From assembly GCA_963802915.1 (NCBI GenBank), contig CAWDKQ010000010.1:204457-268456 (forward strand): a DNA stretch of 64,000 bases, read 5' to 3'. Shown piece by piece: positions 13,359-23,700 of this stretch. Below the pieces are notes generated by a model that searched no databases, was not told the origin of the DNA, and saw only the letters and a program-made list of their open reading frames with translations. Each line of letters opens with the position of its first letter. Position 1 is the first letter of the stretch. The position numbers were made by a program, and so were the translations under genes. The stretch comes from Bryobacterales bacterium (GTDB taxonomy: Bacteria; Acidobacteriota; Terriglobia; Bryobacterales; Bryobacteraceae).

Positions 13359-14086
13359 CCGTGAACAAACAACTATTCTTAGCCACGGCCATTTTGGCTG
13401 CGCTCGTACCGGCAGCACAATCGAACCCCATTCCCCGACGCGCCACCATTACAGGCGGTGGCGGGAACGGTAGATGCACCATCGAAGTGACCGTGGACGG
13501 CTCCGCCGAAATCGAAATCTCCGGGGATTCGGGACTGTTGACAACGATCTCGGGGCAACCGGCCACTTGGCGTCGATTCCAGTGCAACTTCCCGATGCCG
13601 CGAAACCCCGTTGATTTTCGCTTCGCCCGTATCGACGGCAAGGGAACTGTCCGGCTTTTCCAAGAACCGCGCAGCACCGGGGGCCGGGCAGTAGTTCGCA
13701 TCAATGACCCGAAGAGCGGACGCGGAACTTACGCCTTCGATCTTCAATGGCGCGGATCCGCTGGAGGCGGCTGGACGCCCGGGCCGCCTTCGCCTCCACC
13801 ATCAGGACCACCCGGACCTCCCGAACACTGGCCTGCGCCGGGAGATTCCCAGATCGCTCGGACAGTTCGAGCCTGCCAGGATTCCGTGACGGATCGGCTG
13901 AATCAGGACGGCTACCAATACGTCCGTTTTCAACGCACGATTCCTGACGACAATCCGGGACGCCACGATTGGGTCACCGGCACAGCGAGCGCAAAACGTG
14001 GATATGGAACCTCGTGGTTCTCGTTCTCTTGCTCCGTCGACTTCAATTCCGGGCGGGTCCGCTCCGTGGATGTGCGCCGGCGCTAA
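13355..14086 (+). CDS. Secreted two-domain hypothetical protein with a Pro-rich linker
   Basis: Signal peptide (LATAILAALVPAAQS). The N-domain and C-domain each contain two Cys. The linker is GGWTPGPPSPPPSGPPGPPEHWPAPG. The start overlaps the upstream BON gene stop (ATGA). I recognise no family. Confidence 0.65.
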   Translation: MTVNKQLFLATAILAALVPAAQSNPIPRRATITGGGGNGRCTIEVTVDGSAEIEISGDSGLLTTISGQPATWRRFQCNFPMPRNPVDFRFARIDGKGTVRLFQEPRSTGGRAVVRINDPKSGRGTYAFDLQWRGSAGGGWTPGPPSPPPSGPPGPPEHWPAPGDSQIARTVRACQDSVTDRLNQDGYQYVRFQRTIPDDNPGRHDWVTGTASAKRGYGTSWFSFSCSVDFNSGRVRSVDVRRR

Positions 14087-14117
14087 ACTCAATTCTCAAT
14101 TTTAAAAGGAGATCACA

Positions 14118-14630
14118 ATGATCAAGTACATTTGTGCCTTTGCACTGCTCGCAACGGGAATGACCTTCGCCAAAAATGAACCGGCGATGGATGGTATCAA
14201 CAAGGAAGTACGCCACGAACTGGTAATGCTTCCCTATCTCAACGTGTTCGACAATCTGACTTACCGCGTCGACGGCAGCAACGTGATTCTAATGGGTCAA
14301 GTGACTCGCCCCACTTTGAAGTCGGATGCCGAAAGAGTGGTGAAACGGATCGAAGGCGTGACACAAGTGACCAATCAAATCGAGGTACTGCCGCTGTCTC
14401 TCCATGACGATCGGCTGCGGCGCTCGCTATATCGAGCGATTTACGGCTACGGTCCACTGAATCGCTACGCCATGCCGGTGCTCAAGCCGATCCGTATCAT
14501 CGTGAAGAACGGCCATGTCACGTTGGAGGGCGTGGTCGATAACGAAGGCGACAGGAATATCGTCAATATCCGAGCCAGGGGAGTACACGGCTCGTTCTCC
14601 GTGACGAACAACCTTCGAGTGGGCGGATGA
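14118..14630 (+). CDS. Secreted double-BON-domain protein
   Basis: AAGGAG lies 7 nt upstream. Signal peptide, then two BON units (VILMGQVTRPTLKSDAERVVKRIEGVTQVTNQIEV and VTLEGVVDNEGDRNIVNIRARGV). Confidence 0.85.
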   Translation: MIKYICAFALLATGMTFAKNEPAMDGINKEVRHELVMLPYLNVFDNLTYRVDGSNVILMGQVTRPTLKSDAERVVKRIEGVTQVTNQIEVLPLSLHDDRLRRSLYRAIYGYGPLNRYAMPVLKPIRIIVKNGHVTLEGVVDNEGDRNIVNIRARGVHGSFSVTNNLRVGG

Positions 14631-14640
14631 CGATTCTTTC

Positions 14641-14678
14641 GACAATGGGCCGGCCGACATCGCCGCTGGCCCATTGTC
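14641..14678 (+). terminator. Stem-loop after the BON cluster (possible intrinsic terminator, no U tract)
   Basis: GACAATGGGCC (14641-14651) pairs perfectly with GGCCCATTGTC (14668-14678). It starts 11 nt after the stop codon. Confidence 0.4.
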
Positions 14679-14966
14679 TCGCACGAAGGCATTACAATAA
14701 GGGTGTCATCGGCGTAGGCCGCCAAATTCTATCAGCCCGCGCGTGTTTTCTACCGAAGTCCATCTAAACAATGCTTGTTAAGAACGTAAAGAATTGTGTC
14801 GGCGGCAACCTACCGCCAGACTGCGCCGTCGCAAGCAAAGAGATGCCGTGGCGCACATAGACGATCTCCGGAATAATTTGCGGTTCCCTCAGTCCCGCGC
14901 GCTTCCCGAGCCGCGTCCTTTCACGCGGCATCTCCAATAGAATTGGGGTCACAGGAAAAATTCTGC

Positions 14967-17735
14967 ATGAGATGTCTCGCTGTTCTGATCATCCTCGCCG
15001 CTTCCTCAATAGCAAGTGCCAGCGCCGCCGAAAGCCGCATCGTTAAGGCCGTAGATAATAACAACCGCGTGACGCTCACCGGTCACGTTCGTCCGCAAGC
15101 CCAGCCTCAAAACGATATAGGGAGGCTCGCGCCGTCGGTCCCGCTCACGCACGTGTCACTCGTGCTTTCTCAGTCGCAGGGGCAGCAGAAGGAACTCAAT
15201 CAGCTCCTGTTGGATCAGCAGAACCCCTCCTCGCCGCTCTATCATCACTGGCTCACGCCTGACGAATACGGCGCCCGTTTTGGCGCCAGCGATGCCGATA
15301 TTTCAACACTCACCTCCTGGCTGCAACAGCAGGGTCTCACCGTTACGGGTGTCGCGCACGGCCACAACTGGATCTCCTTCGATGGGTCCGCCGCGCAAGT
15401 GGAGGCCGCGTTTCAAACCGAACTGCACCAATATCTTGTTAACGGCGAAACACACTATGCCAATGCTACCGAACCCTCCATCCCCAACGCCTTTCAACCC
15501 GTCGTGCAAGGTGTTCATGGACTCACCGATTTCCGCCCGAGACCGCACCAGCGTAAGCTTCTGACCCCCAAATATAACGATGGCTCCGGAGATCATTTCA
15601 TCGCTCCCAACGATTTCGCGACCATTTACAACGTCAGTCCGCTGTACTCCGCGGGCATTAATGGGTCTGGCCAAAAAATCGCAGTCATGGGGCAAACCGA
15701 GATTAATCTTTCCGATATTGAGACATTTCGAAGTCAGTTCGGTCTTGCTGCCAACGACCCGCAACTTTTATTTGTCCCGAATACGCAGAATCCCGGCGTC
15801 AGCCAGAGTGATCTTCCGGAAGCGGACCTCGATCTCGAATGGTCCGGCGCCGTCGCCAGAAACGCGAGCATTATTTTCGTCTACACCTACAACGTGGAAG
15901 ACTCGCTGCAATATGCGGTCGATCAAAATCTCGCTCCTGTGATCACCACTAGCTATGGGCTATGTGAGGTCGAGAACGGCTCCTCCGACACCTTGACGCA
16001 GCAATCCTGGGCAATCCAGGGCAACGCGCAGGGGATCTCGTTCTTCGCCGCCTCGGGCGATTCCGGCGCGACCGACTGCGGCGATCCCCAGAACCCCGGC
16101 CTCGCCGTGGACGTTCCGGCGGCCATTCCGCAATTCACAGGCGTGGGCGGCACCGAGTTTAATGAAGGCAGTGGCAACTATTGGAGCTCCTCGAACGGTT
16201 CAACCGGCGCTTCGGTACTCTCTTACATACCGGAAGTCGCGTGGAACGACAGCGCGCAGGATGGAACCCCCTCTGCCAGCGGCGGAGGTTCCAGCATCTT
16301 CTTCGCGAAGCCTTCCTGGCAAACAGGTACCGGCGTGCCCAGCGATAATGCCCGCCATGTTCCCGACGTCGCACTGAGCGCCTCCGCCGATCACGACGGC
16401 TACGTCGTTTACTCGGGCGGACAATTGCAGGTTTACGGCGGCACTTCCGTTCCCGCGCCTTCATTCGCGGGCCTCACCGCGCTGTTGAATCAGTACGTCG
16501 TATCGAAAGGCATTCAGTCGGGCCCCGGACTAGGAAACATCAATCCCACTCTTTATTCGCTCGCTCAAACAGCCCCGAGCGCCTTTCACGACATCACGAT
16601 CGGCAACAATATCGTCACGCCGGATTGTCCTCGCCGCTCCTTGAACTGCAACTCTACCCCAGTCGGCTATAACGCCACAGTCGGTTACGATCCGGTCACT
16701 GGGCTCGGATCGGTGAACGCCTACAACCTCGCTTTAGCGTGGACTGGGAACGCGGTCATAACACCGCCTACCAATCCGCAGAACGCGCTGGCCCTGGTCG
16801 CAAGCACAAACACAATCTCGTCTAATGGAACGCTTTACTTGACAGCTACCGTAACCAGCACCGATGGCGCCACGCCGACCGGTAGCGTCATCTTCACCGC
16901 GGGCAGCACGACCCTCGGTTCCATTTCGTTGACCGGATCGGGAGGGTCTGCCACCGCCACGTTGGGCGTGCCCGCAAGCAGCCTCCCTCAAGGATCATCC
17001 ACGGTCACGGCGGAATACAGCGGGAACAGTTCGGTCAATGCCACGATTTCCGTGTCAGTTTCTTCATCGGCATCGGAAACCAAACCCACAATTGGAGGCC
17101 TTGCCCACGGGGCATCGTTCAAGCAAGCCTTCGCGCCAGGAATGATTCTGAGCGTTTTCGGATCGCAGTTCGCTCCAACTACCGAGAGCGCTTCCACCGT
17201 TCCCTTGCCTCTCACCATGGCCGGCGTAGAAGCGACCGTGAACGGCATCGCGGCGCCGTTGTATTACGTATCTCCAGGACAATTGAACATTCAAGTCCCG
17301 TATGAGGTCTCCGCCGGCTCGACCGCGGTCGTGACCGTGAATAACAACGGTCAGCTTGCGTCGCAATCGATCCCGATTACCAAAACTGCGCCCGGAATCT
17401 TCGTCAACCCGAGTAACGCACCGGTCCCGAGCACCAGCGGCGCGCGCGGCAGCATTATCACGCTCTACGTCACTGGCGCCGGCGCTGTTTCGCCGCAGGT
17501 GGCAACCGGAGCTGGACCTTCGTCTTCGGCCGTTCCCGTTCCTGCTCAGGCGCTGACGGTCACCGTGGGCGGTGTACCGGCCTCGGTCCAATATGACGGC
17601 ATCCCGTCCGGACTTGTTGGCGTGATCCAGGTCAATTATGAAGTTCCTAGCGGCGTCGCGATCGGCGCCCAGCCAGTCGTTGTCTCTGTCGGAGGCGTTC
17701 AAAGCCCCGCGGCGACTTTGACGGTCACGAACTAG
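14967..17735 (+). CDS. Secreted S53 (sedolisin/kumamolisin-like) serine peptidase with Ig-like and TIGR03437-like C-terminal domains
   Basis: Pro-kumamolisin activation-domain pattern (HHWLTPDEYGARFGASDADISTLTSWLQQQGLTV). Catalytic-domain motifs ASGDSGA and GGTSVPAPSFAGLTALL (Ser nucleophile). The C-terminal 217 aa (17082-17732) match the TIGR03437-type pattern. The signal peptide starts at ATG 14967. Confidence 0.9.
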   Translation: MRCLAVLIILAASSIASASAAESRIVKAVDNNNRVTLTGHVRPQAQPQNDIGRLAPSVPLTHVSLVLSQSQGQQKELNQLLLDQQNPSSPLYHHWLTPDEYGARFGASDADISTLTSWLQQQGLTVTGVAHGHNWISFDGSAAQVEAAFQTELHQYLVNGETHYANATEPSIPNAFQPVVQGVHGLTDFRPRPHQRKLLTPKYNDGSGDHFIAPNDFATIYNVSPLYSAGINGSGQKIAVMGQTEINLSDIETFRSQFGLAANDPQLLFVPNTQNPGVSQSDLPEADLDLEWSGAVARNASIIFVYTYNVEDSLQYAVDQNLAPVITTSYGLCEVENGSSDTLTQQSWAIQGNAQGISFFAASGDSGATDCGDPQNPGLAVDVPAAIPQFTGVGGTEFNEGSGNYWSSSNGSTGASVLSYIPEVAWNDSAQDGTPSASGGGSSIFFAKPSWQTGTGVPSDNARHVPDVALSASADHDGYVVYSGGQLQVYGGTSVPAPSFAGLTALLNQYVVSKGIQSGPGLGNINPTLYSLAQTAPSAFHDITIGNNIVTPDCPRRSLNCNSTPVGYNATVGYDPVTGLGSVNAYNLALAWTGNAVITPPTNPQNALALVASTNTISSNGTLYLTATVTSTDGATPTGSVIFTAGSTTLGSISLTGSGGSATATLGVPASSLPQGSSTVTAEYSGNSSVNATISVSVSSSASETKPTIGGLAHGASFKQAFAPGMILSVFGSQFAPTTESASTVPLPLTMAGVEATVNGIAAPLYYVSPGQLNIQVPYEVSAGSTAVVTVNNNGQLASQSIPITKTAPGIFVNPSNAPVPSTSGARGSIITLYVTGAGAVSPQVATGAGPSSSAVPVPAQALTVTVGGVPASVQYDGIPSGLVGVIQVNYEVPSGVAIGAQPVVVSVGGVQSPAATLTVTN

Positions 17736-20700
17736 GAGTAACCTGCACGGTTTCGGGATCCGCCGAGGTGTATCCGGGCGCGGACGCGTTCATGATCGCC
17801 GCGCCCTGCGCGATTCCCGTCACCTGCGGCTCCGTTGTGGGCGTCGTCAGGCCAGCGGGAATAAAGACGGTGGTGGTAATCGTCGCGACTGCAGTGTTGC
17901 TGCTGCTGAGCGTGACCGTGACGCCGCCCACCGGCGCGGGAGAATCCAGAATGACAGGGAACGAGACCGTCTGGCCGGCCTGAACGCTGACCCCGGATGG
18001 CAGATTTACGCGGATTCCATCGCTGATGTGTATTTGCAGGCTCGCGGAAACATAGCCTGTAGCAGTGGCGCTGACTGTCGCGTATCCGAGATTGATTCCC
18101 GAGATTTGTGGCGTGGTGGCAGGCGTGGTCGAACCCGCCGCGATGAAAACAGAAGCGGGTGAAATTGTAAGCAACGTGGTCGCGCTGCTGCTCAGCGCGA
18201 TGGTCACGCCGCCGGTGGGCGCGGGTGTCGAAAGACTCACCGGAAACAGCGTCGTCTGAAACTGGCCAACGACAGCGAACGATGGCAGAACTACCGACGG
18301 CGGCACTACGACAGTGACATTGGCTGTCGTATCCGCGATCGCCGGCAAAGAACTCGCGTGGATCACTGTCGTGCCCGGCGTGACTCCCGTCACCGCGACA
18401 CTGGCGCTGAGCGCGTTCGCCGCGATCGTGACGGTGGCCGGGACCGTGGCGACTCCCGTGTTGCTCGAACTGAGACTGAACGTCACGCCACCCGACGGCG
18501 CGGCAGACGACAAAAGCAGCGTCAGGAACTGCGTCGACGTTCCCGGAACCGAGAGTGTCGACGGCGAGAATGAAGCTGTCCCGGTCACTTGCAACTGCTG
18601 CGTTGCGATCGGATAGCCGGTTGCCGACACGGTAATCGTCGACGCTCCGTAATTCACGCCCGTCACTTTTGGCGCGGAAGAGGGCGTCCTGTTTCCCGCC
18701 TGTATGACGAAGCTCGCGGGAGAAATCGTCAGGTTCGAAGTAGCACCGCTCGACAATGTCACGAAAACAGTCGATTTGGCCGGTGAGGCCAGCGACACGG
18801 GATAATTCACGGTCTGGTTCGGCCCCACGATTACGCTCGACGGCAGCACGAACCCGATTCCGCTGGTCACCGTGATACTCGCCGTCGTGTCGGCGAGATT
18901 CGGCAGACTACTGGCGTGAATCGTGGCCGTGCCCGCAGCCACGCCAGTGACCGGAATGCTTACCGTGGTCGCATTAGCGGCGAAGGTCACCGTCGACGGA
19001 ACCGTGGCAGCGGATGTGTTGGTCGAGCTTAAATTAACGGTTATTCCCCCAGCCGGCGCGGGTCCCGATAGGGTCAGCGTCAGACTTTGCGTCGCCGTCC
19101 CGTTGATGGTGAGCGTCGCAGGCGAAAAGCCGATCGACGCCGTCGTCGTGACGGACTGCGCCGCTCCCGTATATCCGGCCGCAGATGCGCTAATGATCGC
19201 CGCGCCCAAATTCACGCCCGTCACTTGCGGTTGGGTCGACGGCGCTGTGGATCCGGCCGCCACGAACACACTCGGGGGCGCGATGCTCACGTTCGATGTA
19301 TTGCCGCTGCTCAACATCACCGTGACTCCGCCAGTCGGGGCTGGCGTGGAAAGCGTGACGGGAAAACTCGCCGACTGGCTCAATCCCACGCTGACACCTG
19401 ACGTCAAATTTATGGTCCCGCCGGTTGTCACAGTCACCGTTGCCGAAGCACCGCCATATGCCGATGTCGATGCAGTGATGGTCGTCGCGCCCGGGCTCAC
19501 TCCGGCTACGGGAACGCTTACACTGCTCAACCCCGCCCCGATGACGACATTAGCCGGCACGGTCGCGACCCCCGCGTTGCTCGAATTCAGCGCGACAGTA
19601 AGACCCGGCGAAGACGCCGGTGTCAGCAGATTCAACGTCAGGTTCTGAGTGGTGGTACCGCCGATCGTCAGCGTCGGAGAAGAGAAGCTGAGCTGCGATA
19701 CAACCTGCACCGTCTGGCCGCCCGAAGCGTAACCGGAGGCGGACGCCATGATGGAAGTCGAGCCCAGGCCAACACCGCTGATCTGCGGCTGCGTCGCTGG
19801 TGTGGTCGCGCCCGCACTCACAAAAACACTGGCCGGCGATATCGTGATCTTAGTCGGATCGCCGCTGCTGAGCGCGATCGTAACGCCGCCGCTCGGAGCA
19901 GCCGTGGGCAATGCGATGGCGAACGGTAGCGACTGCGAAAGCCCCACGCTGACGTTGGCCGGCAGTCCGATCGGCGTCAGCAACGAGACAGTTATGCTCG
20001 CGGACGCGGGCAGAATGCAGGGCGTGTTGCTCGCCTGAATCGTAGCCGATCCCACCGCAACGCCTGTTACTGGAACACTCACGGTAGTGCTGCCTGGCGA
20101 GAAGGTCACTGCGGCCGGGACGGTCGCCACGCTCGTGTTGCTGGACGACAGATTGACTGAGAGACCAGTGGCTGGAGCGGCGGCCGAGAGCGTCAACGTC
20201 ACACTCTGCGTTGTGGTTCGAGGCACCGTCACGGCCGTTGGCGTGAACGCTACCGAAGCGGTCACCTGCACGGTCTGTGGCGATGCGGAATCGAATCCGG
20301 CCCCCGATGCATTGATCGTCACTGTTCCGATATTCATGCCGGTCACCTGCGCTTGCGTCGCAGGTGTGGTCGTGCCTTTCGGTACGAAAACAGTGGGGCT
20401 GATGGTTGCCTTCGTAGGATCGCTGCTAGTCAGCGTGACCGTAGTTCCGCCAGTCGACGCCGCATCGAGAATCACCGGATAAGCTATCGATTGACCCAAC
20501 CCGACCTTCACATTTTCCGGTATGTCGATGCGGATTCCGTCGCTGATATGGATCTGAAGACTGGCGCCCGTGTAACCAGGCGCGGACGCGTTGACAAACG
20601 CATACCCGAGAGTGATGCCGGAAATCTGCGGCTGCGACGCGGGAGTGGTGGATCCAGGGGCGATAAAAACGCTCGCCGGCGTGATCGTCAGAAAGGTGCT

Positions 20701-23700
20701 ATCGCTGCTCGCTAACGCTACTGTGACGCCTCCCGCTGGAGCCGGAGCGCTGATGCTGAGTGGGAAGGCTGTGGTGTTGAATTGGCCAACCACCGCGAAT
20801 GTGGGCAGCACGATGCTGGGCGGGGTCACATCCGTCACCGTAGCCGTGATATCCGGGAAGATCGGTAGAGAACTCGCGTGGATCACGGCGACTCCGGGCC
20901 CAACTCCAGTCACCGCGACACTAATGGTTTTCGCGTTCGCGGCGATGGTTGCTGTTGACGGCACCGTCGCGACCGAACTATTGCTCGAACTCAGATTCAC
21001 TACCACTCCTCCCGCCGGAGCGGGCGATGAAAGCGCCAGCGTCAGGAATCCTGTTGCGGTTCCCGTAACATTGAGAGTCGTGGAGGAGAAGCTGAGCGTC
21101 GCGCTCACTTGAACCTGCTGGCTCGCAGTTGGCAGGCCAGTCGCGGTCGCGGTGATTGACGCCGAACCGTATCCGACGCCGGTAACTTGCGGAGCCACGG
21201 TCGGGCTCGTATTTCCTTTCGAGATCAGAACGGTAGTGGGTGAAATCGTGACTTTAGAAGTGTCGCTGCTCGCGAGCGACACGAAAACAGACGAGGCCGC
21301 CGGCGAAGCCAGCGTGACTGGGAACGCCGCCTGCTGTCCCGGTCCGATAGAAATGTTCGACGGTAAAAAAATCCCGATCTGAACTGTCACTGTGGCCGTT
21401 GTATCCGCAATGTTCGGCAATGCATTGGCATGGATGGTGGCCGATCCTGTCCCCATGCCGGTGACGGGAACGCTCACGCTGGTCGCGCCTGTCGCGAAAG
21501 CCACCGTTGGTGCAACCGTTGCCGAAGCAGTGTTGGATGAACTCAGATTGATCGTCAAGCCGCCTGCCGGCGCGGGTCCCGAAAGCGTCAGCGTGAGATT
21601 CTGCGTCACGTTTCCGTTGATCGTCAGCGTGGATGGAGTGAAGCTGACGGTCAACGGCAAAACCACGTTGGCCGTCGCACTGCCACTCGAGTAGCCTGAT
21701 GCCGACGCGGTCACGTTCGTGCTTCCGCTAGTGGTTCCGGGCGTCACGGTTACGATCGTGCTGGTCGCGCCGGAAGGAATGGTCACGCTCGACGAAACCG
21801 ACGCGACATTCGAATTGCTGCTCGACAGATTGATGGTTTGTCCGTTCGCTCCGGCCGGTGTTGGAATCGTCACGGTCAGATTTCCGGCGGCGTTCGTAAG
21901 ACTGAGCGGGCTCGGCGTGAGCGAAATGGCGGGCGGCAGCGCGGCCGTGATCATGACGGTGGAAGGTACGCTGTTCACATAGCCGTCGTTCACAATCAAC
22001 TGCGCCACGTAGAGACCGGCGATGTCCGGATTGAACATCGGCGACGCGCTGTTGGCGCCAGTGAAAGCCGCTAAGCTGCCTGCGGGCGCCGAGTTCCAGG
22101 TCCATGAATACGTCAGCGAATCATGATCGGCATCCGATGAGCCGCTCCCATCCAACAAAACATTCACGCCGACGATCGCGTTCTGAGGGGGACCGGCGTT
22201 CGCGACAGGCGCAGTGTTCGTAGTAGAGATTGTCACCGTCGACGGAAGGCTGCTCAGCAAGCCGTTGCTCACCACGAGCTGCGCAACATAGTTGCCGGCA
22301 AGATCAGCTACAAAGGTCGGATTTGGGATAGTCGTGCTGGACAAGACGGCCGCGCTTCCGGTCGGCGTGGTGATAAGCGACCACTGGTACGTCAGAGGCA
22401 GTCCCTGCGGATCCGTTCCGGTCCCGCTCAGCGATACGGTCAGATTGTGCCCCGTCGTCTGATTCAACCCGGCGTTGGCCGTCGGCGGCAGCACGGCGCT
22501 GGTGGTGATGATCACGGTCGCCGGCGCGCTGTTCGAGATTCCATCGTTGACGATCAATTGCGCAACGTAGCCGCCCGCGACATCGGCGGTGAAGGTCGGA
22601 TTCACAGCCGAAGTGCTACTGAGCGCGGCAGTGCTGTCCTCTGGAACCCAGAGCAGACTCCATAGATACCTGAGGCTGTTCCCATCCACGTCGGTCGATC
22701 CGGCCCCGTTCAGTTGCACGAGGCTTTCAACGTTGACGACCTGCGCTGAACCGGCATTCGCAACCGGCGGCGTGTTCTCGGTGTTGATAACGACAGTGGA
22801 AGGCGTGCTGCTCGTGAAGCTGTCGCTTACGATGAGCTGCGCGGTATAAGAGCCCGGCTGGTCGACAACAAAACTCGGGGAAATTGTATTCGCTCCGGTC
22901 AGAGTCGTATTACTTCCAGCCGGACGTGCGATGAGGGTCCAGGTATACGTTAAAGAATTGCCGTCCGGATCCGTCGATCCGCTGCCGTTCAAGGTCGCGG
23001 TCGATCCCACAGCCACGGTCTGACCGGCGCCCGCGTTCGCTACCGGCGCAGTGTGCGTGGTGCTCACGGTGACGCTTGCGCTATTGCTGGCCGAGCCGTT
23101 GCTCACGGTGAGTTGAATCACGTAATTACCCGCCACGTCCACCAGGAACGAAGGCATGACATTGTTGTTGTTCTTTAGAACCGTCGCCGATCCGGCGGGA
23201 CGCGATAGAAAAGCCCAGGCATAGGTCAGAGTTCCCACGCCGCTCGGATTGGTAGAGCCGCTGCCATTCAAAGTAGCCGTTGCGCCCACTTTCGCGGTTT
23301 GATTCGAACCCGCATTGGCAATCACGGAGTCCGCGGTGATCTGATAAGACCAACTCAGGTTCGCGGGATTCAACGGAACCGCTGGATTCGCCAGCACCGT
23401 AAACGTGTTGCTGCTGGTGACCTGACCACCCGACGGAATGTTCGTGAAGTTAAGAGTCGATGCGCTGGGCTGCACTCGAACGACGAAAGGATTGACCGTG
23501 GTGACCGTCGCCGTGACCGTTTGAAGAGCTCGGCCGGAATTGACCAGGTCTGCCCGATACGTCACGTAGGACTGGGTCGAATTTATCGTCTGTGTGCTGA
23601 CAACCTGATAATTGGTGATCGAAAGATTCTGGCCGGCGGCGTGGCCCAGAGTCGCGCAGACAACAGTTATCGAGAGGGCGACCATGGTCGCCGGATAAAG

